Of a stretch of 64,000 bases of DNA, positions 41,291-51,771 are shown piece by piece. The DNA is from Rhizophagus irregularis (Eukaryota): positions 2,046,001 through 2,110,000 of the forward strand of contig NC_089430.1 of the NCBI RefSeq assembly GCF_026210795.1. Reading direction: 5' to 3'. The notes beneath the pieces are model-generated. The model saw nothing but the letters and a program-made list of their open reading frames with translations, was not told where the DNA came from and did no database searches. Within the stretch, counting starts at the first letter, position 1, and each line of letters begins with the position of its first letter. The translations under genes and the position numbers were made by a program.

Positions 41291-41453
41291 GAATATCATC
41301 TTGCTTACGAACTTGATAAAGTAACTTATATGTTGGAAGTGCATGAATTCATTGATGCGTTTGCTATAGACCATTGTCCATTGTGTAGATTAAAACGTGA
41401 TAGATAAGGATGTAGACTATACGGGTGATGAATAATAGAATGGGTTATATATA

Positions 41454-41649
41454 CAGTCAAAGCTCGTTATAGTGAATCTCGTTATAGTGAACATTAAGTA
41501 AAATCGCGTTATAGTGACCTATTGATTTTTTTTCCTTATAATTAATTTTTCTCGATATAGTGAATTTTCTTAATAAATCTCGTTATAGTGAAAAAAAGGG
41601 AAAAAATTACATAGTGGAATGGAAAGTTCACTATAACGAGCTTTGACTG
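41454..41649. mobile_element. Tc1/mariner (pogo/Tigger-like) MITE, TA TSD
   Basis: Perfect 23-bp TIR CAGTCAAAGCTCGTTATAGTGAA, TA on both sides, internal CTCGTTATAGTGA repeats. Confidence 0.95.
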
Positions 41650-42332
41650 TATACTACTAGTGAATAGTACATTTAATAAGCAAATAATTTACATTTAGAT
41701 TACAAACATAAAACGGATGGGCTCATTTTTCCGTATATTTAACATTTAAAATACATATATAAAATGGTTAATTATTAGACATCTATATAACCATTATTTA
41801 TCAATTATTTACTATTACATTTTACGGACAATTAATTTTTATAGGGATATTGGAGCCTTTAATGCTACTGATATTAAAAAGGTTTTGACTTCAATTGATC
41901 CAGAGAAAATGTGGCTATAGTATCAGATGCTGAGGCAGCTATGCAAATGGCAAGAAGATTAATTACTGAAAAGTACCCTTATATTTTATCTATACGTTGC
42001 ATGGCACACCATTTAAATCTAATAACAAGTGATATTATCAAATTGGGTTTTGCAAAAAATATATTAAAAAATGCCAATCTATTGTAACTTTTTTTAAAAC
42101 ATCATATTGTGCAGTAAATATCTTCAAAATAATATTATTCAAACTTTAACAAAAGGAGGTGGTCTTAAAATATCAGTAAAAAACAAGATGGTCTACTGCA
42201 TGGGATTGTTTTGACTCAATTATCTGTTTAGAAAATAATCTCAAGAATGTAAGTTAACAAATAATGATACATTTAACAATAAACTAAAAATTAATTAATT
42301 ATTTAATTAATTATAATTTAGGTTCTTGAAAC

Positions 42333-42750
42333 TAGGGATGGCAATGTTTATGGTCATAACCGGTCATGACCGGTTAATAACTGTGACCAATATCGGTTGG
42401 TCAAAGGCTTTGACCAACCATTTAACTGACCATTTTTGACTGACCATTTGACTGACTGTTTAACTGACCATTTAAATGATTGTTAACTGACCATTTAATC
42501 AAACCTATTCATTTAACACTTTTTTTATAAACTTAATCAATAAAAAAAGTTGGTTAACATTTTTGTTAGCAGGTTTAATCAAAAAAAAATACTTTTTAAC
42601 GTTTTTTCTTAATTAAATTCACTAAAAAAATGGTTAAACAGTCAGTTAAATGGTCAGAAAAATGGTCAGCCAAAATGGTCAATTGGTCAAAGACCCATAA
42701 CCGGTTATGACCAACTGATAACCGACCATGACTGACCATTGCCATCCCTA
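42333..42750. mobile_element. hAT MITE, TAGGGATGGCAATG TIR, 8-bp TSD CTTGAAAC
   Basis: Same family as 39104-39501. TSD at 42325-32 and 42751-58. Confidence 0.95.
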
Positions 42751-43934
42751 CTTGAAACTCAACCTGAAATTGTTATTAATGCAATTGCAATAAAAATATT
42801 CTTCAAAATCGCCAATTTTTTCAAAATATTGAACAACTTCAAGCAATTCTTGCACCTGCTAAAAAAGCAATTCAAGCTGTTGAAGCTAATTCAAGTAATA
42901 TGGCTTTAATTTTTTTGGAATTAATTCAAGATGGCAGTTGCAATTAGACTAATTTAAATTATCTTTGATCTGAATTTCAAAAAAAAATTGTATTAATATA
43001 TTTAATAAATGTTGGGCACAGTTTGATACTGATATATATCTTGTTGACTTTTTTTTTCATTAAAACATAGGGGTAAAGTTGGTTATTATTTTGTTTAATT
43101 TTACTAATTATATATGATATGTTTATTATTCATATTTTTCACATTAGAAAAGAAATTTCAAGACAGTACATTCCATTAACAGCTATAATAATTTGGTCAA
43201 AGGTAATAAAGAAAATTGCAGAATTTTATTATTACTACTTCGGTCATATAGTGATGGTGAGCCGCCTTATGATATGGAATATACTGATGATTATGATATA
43301 CCTGAACTTTGGTAGTCAACATGTCAACAGCCAAATAATTATATCCAGAAATTAGCTTTAAAGTTATTTGCTATTACTCCTCATTAAGCTGCATGCAAAT
43401 GAGCCTTTTCAGTATTAAATTGGATGATAGAAAAGCAGAGAACAAGATGTTATATAATTTTTTAATAATAATAATAATAATACAATATTATATTAATAAT
43501 TTTATCTTTTTTAGGTTAGATATTGATCAAATTCAATCTATGGCCCAGATGCACTTGTACTACATCACAAATGCAAAAACAGAGTTAAAATTTTCTAGTA
43601 GTGGTTTAAATGAAAATGAGCTTGAAACTGCATTACAAGAAATTACTGCAGCTATGATTAATAACAATGATCTTTTCATTGATGATGATGATGATGATAC
43701 TGTTTCAGATAATGAAAGTATTAATTTGAATGAAGATAATACTAATAGTGATTTAATTATGGAAAATACTATGAAATTAGATAAATTTAATGAACTAAAT
43801 AGGGATAATTCAAATTCAGATATTTTGGACCAACGACCTGATGAATCTATATATTATGAGGATTCAAATATTGATTTTGAAGCAATATTTGATGAGGAAT
43901 CAGAAATAAATCAGTAGATGATGTTATGAAGGAT

Positions 43935-44100
43935 AATTTACATTATAATTGGCAAATAAACATTATAATTATTAGTAAATGAACATTAATTATATTTAGT
44001 AAATAAACATTAATTATATTTAGTTAATCAGCATTAATTATATTTAGTTGATAAACATTATATTTTACATACAAATAAACATTATATTTAGCAAATAAAG
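43935..44100. repeat. ~23-bp AT-rich minisatellite (about 6-7 units)
   Basis: Variants of AATAAACATTAATTATATTTAGT immediately 3' of the hAT fossil stop. Confidence 0.75.
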
Positions 44101-44422
44101 AAATAATTAGAAAAAAATCATTTTCTGTTTTAATTGTTTTTTGATAACATGTAATACATAATCTATATCTTCTACAAATAAATTTAAAATTATAATAAAG
44201 AATAAATGAAGTTATTTTTCATTTCCTAAAAATGAATTTCAGAGAAAAGCAGTATGAGAAATTATTGGAGTAGAGGATAGTCAAGATAGAAAAAAACTTA
44301 AAAAACAATAAAACTAATTTAGATAATGCTATTCAAAGGCTGTTGGATCAACAAGAAGCCAGGCAAATGAAATCTGAAAAAGGAGAGAAGAGCAAGGAGC
44401 AGAATTGCTTCAAATGAAGCAG

Positions 44423-44621
44423 CCCTGTAAAAAATCTGATCCGTGTTTTATCTTTCCATATTTTTTCCGTGAATGTATCATTTTAATGGAATTTATAGCC
44501 TTAAATTATGGAAATTTTCATCTCGCTAACACGGATATCCGTGAATGTATCATTTTCACGGAATTTTTACGGAAGACACGGAGAAATAATGGAAATATTC
44601 GGATAAAAATTTTTTATAGGG
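44423..44621 (+). mobile_element. CCCT(A/G)TAAAAAA MITE, 3-bp TSD CAG
   Basis: CCCTGTAAAAAAT...ATTTTTTATAGGG, with CAG at 44420-22 and 44622-24. Internal duplicate CCGTGAATGTATCATTTT. Confidence 0.9.
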
Positions 44622-45387
44622 CAGTCAAGCATCAAAATGATTTTATGCTGTTTAATTTATTACAAATTGTTTAAGTACTTTGAGTTCTTTGCATAGAGAA
44701 TTAAATGGGGTATGTAAAATTAAATTCTAATTTAGAATTCTCCAATTTTGCTTGATACATTACATATTATAATACATTGCGTATACACATTACACATTAT
44801 ACGTTACAAGTTATATGTTATACAATTTTAATTACAGATAATTTACCTCAGTTCTTTGCACCTCCTACTCCTTTTCCATAAATTAATAATAAATTTTTAA
44901 TAATGATTTTTTTTATTGAATAATTTGTTTGTTAAATATTTTCTTAATAATTAACGCTATACAATTCTTTTATAATTATCCCGTAAAGATCGTCACGTTA
45001 TCAAATATCAAATGTGATGTACTATAGTTACACAAGATTCCATTTATGATAAGAACGACAATTAAATGCTATTTTTTTTTTGAAATTCAAAGAAAGCTCA
45101 TTCGGGATAAGAGGTATAAGCTTTTTATGGCAAAAATCAGAATGATGAATAATAAGACAATGTTGTGTTAGTGAAAGGACCATTCATAAATTTTACAAGA
45201 AAATCTCTAGTGTGAAGAAATTTTATTGAAGGTAACGTTCAAGACATACATATTTTATTTTTTTATTTTTAAGGAAAAAAAGAAAATTATAATTTATAGG
45301 TTGTAACGAGTATACTGTAATATCTACTAAACTTATTCATAGTTTCCATAAGTTGCGAATTTTCAAAAATTAAGATTATTAATTAGT

Positions 45388-45530
45388 ATTATCTCCGTTT
45401 TTAAAATGGTGTGGGCAGATTTGTTTGTGATTATATATTCGAATACCATATACCTTCATCCAGTTTTCATCCACGTTTTGGTTTTCTTTTTTTCTTATTC
45501 AAATATATTATTTTGAAGACGGCGATAAAC
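45388..45530. mobile_element. Degenerate copy of the 46280 MITE
   Basis: Colinear similarity: CCGTTTTTAAAATGGTGT..TTTGTGATT..CCAGTTTT..ATTTTGAAGACGGCGATAAA. Confidence 0.6.
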
Positions 45531-46279
45531 TAAATAAACGTGAATTAATCAATAAAAATTTTTCCGATCAAGAATTTTTTTTTTTTAAAATAAAATATTA
45601 AGAATAAATAATGATTTCATCGTAGAAGCATTAATTTAAAAAATTATATATAATAAATAATCAAGAAATTCTGGATGTTAACTTTATTATTAGTATATTT
45701 TAACCAATACGTTCTATCAATGAAAATTATTACAGTATCTGGTTTTGTAAAACTTTTTATTTTAAAAAATAATCTATTACGGTAACTTTTAAAATTGATT
45801 CGGTCAAAAGAAAAGAATTATAAGAAAATCAGTTAATAAAAAAAAAACCCTTTTAAGAATTTTTGTAATTCGGGATTAAAGAGTTAATTATTATTATTAT
45901 AGTTGTTATTATCTATTAATACTTTTATGATATTAGTTTTAATGTTATTACTGTACTTATTATAATAAATTATTTGAATTTCAATAATTACATGGTTTAA
46001 TGAATAAAAAAAAAAATATTTAGCAGACATTGTCTAATATTATGATACTGAAAATATTTAAGGTATATGAGAACTTAAAAAATTAAATCATAGCATAATT
46101 TATATAAGCAATATAAAAATTACATCTAACGCTAATTATTGTCAATATCAAAGAATACATGGTATTACAATAAAAACAGTTGATATAACAAATTTTGATG
46201 CTCGATATATAAATATCAATACTAGCTACTTATTGTGAAATTAGTTAACAATTTTAGTAAAATGGTCATTAAGGAACGA

Positions 46280-46405
46280 ATTTATCGTCGTTTTCAAAAT
46301 AGTGTACGCAGTTTATTTGTGATTGTCCAGTTTTTGTTCGGTTTTCGGCTTTCTTTTTTTTATTCAAATTTAACTGCGTACATCATTTTGAAAACGGCGA
46401 TAAAT
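46280..46405. mobile_element. Small MITE with ~33-bp TIR
   Basis: ATTTATCGTCGTTTTCAAAATAGTGTACGCAGTT versus AACTGCGTACATCATTTTGAAAACGGCGATAAAT. A solo end-like match also occurs at ~56013. Confidence 0.75.
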
Positions 46406-46652
46406 CGCAAAATAATTGTTCCTGTATTTGGGATTCAGTCCCATTCCTACTTGATGAAATTAGTAATTAAGAACATGTTTACCCTATGTAAAAATCTACA
46501 AATTGACAATTTGACTAGGCTTCAAGATATTAAACCAGCAGAAATTAAATTTGGTTAAATGATAATTGATAAATATTATTGATACGGTCTAATTGAGTTT
46601 TCTGTATGAAAATTTTATTTTTTTTTTATTTATATATTACTGCGGATTTTAT

Positions 46653-49600
46653 CAGTGTTGTGAAGTGATATTAAATGACACAAATGACATTAGTGACATG
46701 TCACGTATCATTATGTCATTTCAGTGAGTAAATGACAATATTATGTCATTTGAAATTATGTCATGTGAGCTGTAATGCCGGCCAAAATTATTTAATATAA
46801 TAAATCTTTATTATAGCGTATTATTTAATAAAAGTAAAAATTACTTAATCACAAATTCACAATTTATTATTAAAACATATTAACTGGAGCTTCTAAAGTC
46901 TCATTAAACAAATCAAGTAACTTCCATTTAGCCAATGGATTATCTGCTGGATGAATACTTTGTCCACCTATTTCAAATTCATATGTTTCTTCGCCTATAA
47001 CTTCTGTATTATTTATATTAATTTCTGCATTAACCATTTTAATCCAATCTTCAATTATTTTAGTCCATTGTTCAGAATTAATATTATCACTATTATTAGT
47101 TTTTTCAAAGGTATCATTAACATTACATTCATCAATAACAGAAGTTTCTTCTAGTTCTTCAGTATCACTATCGTTAAAAGCATTAAATGTGAACTCATTA
47201 TCATTTGTGTCTTCTTCATCTGATTGGTATTCTTGGATTGGTTCAGCAATATGTAATCGTTTATATTGTCGTTCAGAAATTTCTATATCATCACGTTTTC
47301 TTTTACATAATATATCACTTCGCAATTGAGCCATAGCCAAAACTTTCTTATGCTACAAAATTAAAAATGTATAATCTTTTGTTAATGTGATTTTGCATAA
47401 TATAAATTTTGGTAAAATACACTTACATGTAATTTATTTCGGCGGGTTGAATGTAAAAAACCCATATTTGACCAAAGACGTTCCACTGAAGCTGCATTAA
47501 CGCAGATCCCAAAAAGATGTAAAGCTAATTTTGAGAGTTCAGGTGCCAATCCTTTGGCAGATTCCCAGAAATCAATAATATTTTCTTCAAACTGATTATA
47601 AGTTTCAGAATTAAAAGGAAAAAGCTCACGTTGATATGATAAATAATCACGAAGGATTCTTTTTGGTGTTTCATTAAACCATGCTTGATAGTAATATATA
47701 AGCCATTGTCCAAAATGTGTATAAGAAATATTTTTAGCAGAAGAATTAAATTTTGAAACTCGATATTTTGGATGAAGAACAATTGAAAGTAATAGTAATG
47801 GCTGTTCCCACTGTGCCCAGCGTGATTCTAATCTTGCTATCATGCAATTACCAAATTCTACGTTTTTGTGAGAAGAAAATATTTTAATTATCCAACCAAA
47901 GCAGTGTGCAATTTCATATAGGCGCGCAATATCCTTTTGTAATTTATTTAATGCGCTGCATATTGGTAATAATAAATTTTGAAGTTCAAATAGTTGGATC
48001 CAAAATTCTGGATCATTAATAATTTCAATTATGTCTGAAGGGAGACATTTGTTTTCATTATTTGAATTAGTTCTATAACGTTGACGAGATACTCCAGCTC
48101 GAGAAGTACTTGGAGTTCCAATACGTTCAGGAGAGCATTTTGTTATTAAAGTCTAAAAAAATTAATAAAACAGGTATAAAAATTTTATTTATTGATTTAT
48201 TGAGCAACTTGCCAAAATTATAATTCTCACCTTTAATGCTGCTTCTGTTTTTAAAATACTGTGAAAACAAAAGTAGTAACTATTCCAGCGTGTTTCCCCT
48301 GGAGTTATCAATGCTATTGTTTGACCATAGCATGAAGTTTGTTCATTTCTTAACAATCCAGTGAAATAAGGAGAGGAGTGAAAATAACTAACAATACGAA
48401 CTGCATTTTTTGATACTTGCTTGTATTGAAGTGATTCTTTAAAAATATCTCCTACAACCAAATTCATCTGATGGGCCATACAAGGTAAAAATACCTTACT
48501 TGGATATTCTACTCTTAATTGACGTCTAAAAAAGCAAAAAATTAAGATTTTATTAATAATATTCTATACCATAAAATATATAATATAAAATTGTACTCAC
48601 CTTGCTGCAGCATATTCTCCAGCTGAATCAGAAACAAAACAATTGATTTTTATTTGTTTCAATTCGGCATTATTCATCAAATTTTTAATTAACATTTTAA
48701 CATCTTCAGTTTTAGATCGTTGATCACTAATATCCTTAGCTCCCCAAATTAGTGTTTTACCAGATGAAGTAATAAGTACAACCCCAAAAAGATGTTCTTG
48801 TTTAACATTTGTCCAGCCGTCAAAAGCTGCAGTAACACCAATTGCATCACCTTTTGCCTGCTCTACAATTGATATAGATAGTTGGTTTGCAGATTTAGAA
48901 AGAATACGATTACTGATGGCATGACGTCCTGGAAGTTTCAATGCTGGAGCAATAAATCTAAAAACTTCTTGTGTTTCTTTATTTTCCAGAAATGTAAATG
49001 ATAAACCATTTGATACCATCATTAGTAATACCAGATTTTCAAAATGAGGAATGTCTTTCTTAGAAAATGGCCGGGATACATATCCTGATAAGGTTGATTG
49101 TTTAATAATTGAATTAGATGGTGCAGCAGTTGTAGATTTATCAGTTTCCATCTCACTTTCATTTATTATTGCTTGTGTTTTATTTTTTTTCTCATCTTCA
49201 GGTACTTTACGTGATAAAATTTCTTCTCTTTCACTCTCATGATATTCATGAGCAAAATTTTCACATTTTTTCAGATGATTACGGCATAATAATGCTTTAT
49301 TAGATACGAAACATTCAGGTTTAGAAATAGCAATAGGTAAAGTATGTTTTCTTATACAAGAAAAACACACTGCTTTTTTATTTGCTTTAGGATTATCTGG
49401 TGTACATAAATAAAAAAATTCACGAAAATTATGCTTTTCTTTCATTTTAATTTTATACAAACTCGTATATATTGAAATAAGAAATTTGTTATGAAAAATA
49501 ATGACGAAACGCGAGAATCACAAAAAAGATCGATAAATCTTAGATTTAACAAACAAATAATAATAAATTGTTAAATTTCCAGATTAAATAAATATCACAC

Positions 49601-49871
49601 ACTTGTCATTCCATTTTTGGATATCATCAATTTTAAGTTATGCTTTTTGGAGTTTCGATCAACAAGTTATTATGAAATGTGCCACTAAATAGATTAATCA
49701 TCATAATGACAATCATAAATGATATTGTCACTTAGAAATGACATATGTCATTTTGTCATTTGTCATTTGCAAATGACATTTTTTTTAAATGACATAATTT
49801 CTTATATCATTTCAATGTCATTTAAGGTCATTTGAAATTTGGTCAAATGACAATGTCATTTAACATCACTG
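46653..49871 (-). mobile_element. Full-length hAT DNA transposon (3219 bp), 8-bp TSD GATTTTAT
   Basis: CAGTG...CACTG termini with imperfect ~18-bp TIRs. Identical GATTTTAT at 46645-52 and 49872-79. AATGACA/TGTCATT subterminal repeats; transposase inside. Confidence 0.95.
46870..49445 (-). CDS. hAT transposase, four exons, apparently intact
   Basis: Exons 49445-48601, 48525-48231, 48152-47427 and 47352-46870 join in frame. BED-like CxxC..HxxxC, FDGWT, VSDSA, CMAH, TRWNS and ASVERLWS (DDE triad plus dimerisation region). Confidence 0.9.
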
Positions 49872-50376
49872 GATTTTATTGATATTTTTTATAATCGAGC
49901 GTTGTTTACGCAATCCACTCTATCACGTGTCTATTAAAATACGTTATTTTCTTCACTACATTATTTATTTTTCTTTTTAGGATAATTTAAGATAGGATTG
50001 TTTGGAACAATAGATAGGTTTCATTTTTTTTGCTTTTTTTTACGCTTTTCTTTTTTTTATGATGATCTTTTTTTTGTGATTCTTTCCATCATTATCATGG
50101 GTTTTCATGATCGGGATTCATTTTATTATTATTTTATATGTTCTTATTAAAAAATTCAATGATGAATAAAATTCGAAAATTATAAATATTCTCAATCTAT
50201 AAGAAAAATGATTTTTTTTAAACATAAATTTATCATTAAAATTGACCAATCAAATTTCAAGGTATATCACGTTAACGGTTTATATCAAACCCGTAATAAA
50301 TTTTATTTATTTTTTTTTTAGAAAAAAAAAAGGAATGAATTACAAATATTTGTAAAAAGAAAAATAATTTTAAAAA

Positions 50377-51771
50377 TTACATATAATCTTTAAGAAAATG
50401 TTTTGAAATAGTTGAAATATCAGAAAAATTAATATTTCTTATTGAAGGTTCAACAAGTGCAGGAAGTAATATCAAATTAATAATTAATAATAAAAACCAT
50501 TTTAAAAATTTTTCAATAATCATATCCTTATTTTTACTATTAAATATAGCTTCCCATAAGATAAATATTACACCATGAGCCATAAAGAAAAAGAATTGTT
50601 CACCTGTCCAAATATTAAAATTTGCAATTATAATATATTCATGTAATAAAGCACTAACACCAAAAGCACCTAATACACCCATAATATTTGAAATTTTCCT
50701 TGAAAATATTGGTATAAATAAATTTTTAACAGGTAAATAACCTAATTCTTTAAAACTTTCATTAAGCAATAATTGCCAACGAGTAGACCAAAAATCACGA
50801 GGACTTGATGAAATAAATGGTACACTAAATAAATGTTTAGTGTTAAATAGGAATGTAATAAGCCATTCTTTTATAGAAACATAAACAGAAGGAGTAAGGA
50901 TACCATATTGAATTAAAATAGATTTGCGATCATTTTTCTCTGATGTGAAATGAAAGATGAAACGAAGGACGATCGCAGCAATGATAGTAATAATATCATA
51001 ATTTAATGAAAGCCATAAATATATTACTCCAAGGAAATTCAAATATAATCTTAATGAAGAAATTGTAAAAGGAGGAATTCCACTAGTAAAAAATTCTATT
51101 AAACGAATTTGATAAGCTTTTTTTGGAATTTCTGTTTTGTAATTGGCTGAAATTAAAAGTGTAAAAATACAAAATTCAAAAATTAAGTATTTTGCAATGA
51201 AAATTAATGAACGATTGATTAATTTTTTGTTAATTTGTGAAGTTGTGGGTGATTTAATAATCAAGGGATTTTCTTTTTCATTTGAATTTTTTGATACGGG
51301 AGGAATTATATAAGAATTAAAACGCCAATTGAATAATGTTGAGATGTATGATTTAAATTCTTTCTTTTGATCCAAATTTTTTTGATCTAAATACAGTCTA
51401 TTAAATTTTAAGAATAATAACATTTTTACACCCAAAAACATAGTAATAGCTACAAAATTATTTTGAAGTGAAGTAGGATAACCTTTTTCACGGTAACTTA
51501 TTGGAATTGAAATAACTAAAAGTGCTAAGGATAATAATGTGTAAAAACGTTTCCTTGTTTGAATTGGTTCGAATGTAAGCGATATAAATAATAATATTGG
51601 GGTAAAAAATACTGAAGAATAAACTGAATTAGGTAATTTTGGTGGAAATTCTTTCCATGTTGATAAAGGTGAATTAATGATGAAATTTAATGTATGAGCG
51701 ATTGTTATTGACAATGGTATATAGATCAGATTTGATTTTGTAAAAATTTTTGATTGAGAATCTAATGACAT
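50377..51771 (-). CDS. Membrane-bound O-acyltransferase (MBOAT_2 / wax synthase-like)
   Basis: Single-exon 464-aa polytopic protein with PFISSSPRDFWSTRW and FGVSALLHE (catalytic His) motifs. Confidence 0.85.
   Translation of the reverse strand: MSLDSQSKIFTKSNLIYIPLSITIAHTLNFIINSPLSTWKEFPPKLPNSVYSSVFFTPILLFISLTFEPIQTRKRFYTLLSLALLVISIPISYREKGYPTSLQNNFVAITMFLGVKMLLFLKFNRLYLDQKNLDQKKEFKSYISTLFNWRFNSYIIPPVSKNSNEKENPLIIKSPTTSQINKKLINRSLIFIAKYLIFEFCIFTLLISANYKTEIPKKAYQIRLIEFFTSGIPPFTISSLRLYLNFLGVIYLWLSLNYDIITIIAAIVLRFIFHFTSEKNDRKSILIQYGILTPSVYVSIKEWLITFLFNTKHLFSVPFISSSPRDFWSTRWQLLLNESFKELGYLPVKNLFIPIFSRKISNIMGVLGAFGVSALLHEYIIIANFNIWTGEQFFFFMAHGVIFILWEAIFNSKNKDMIIEKFLKWFLLLIINLILLPALVEPSIRNINFSDISTISKHFLKDYM

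Larger units (their letters stand above)
39511..41846. mobile_element. Non-autonomous CCCTAT-terminus DNA transposon, 3-bp TSD ATA, carrying a micro-exon array and two nested MITEs
   Basis: CCCTATGAAAAT ... ATTTTTATAGGG, with ATA at 39508-10 and 41847-49. Its removal restores the hAT transposase frame (Y-S-H-I-G-A-F). Confidence 0.85.
38840..43917 (+). mobile_element. hAT transposase fossil interrupted by three insertions
   Basis: VDGWCDPLGRSIYAFIIITP..YSH|IGAFNATD, VSDAEAAMQMAR, CMAHHLNL, RWSTAW, LALKLFAITPH*AAC and an acidic tail. The reading is restored when the nested elements are removed. Many frameshifts and stops; 5' limit approximate. Confidence 0.85.
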
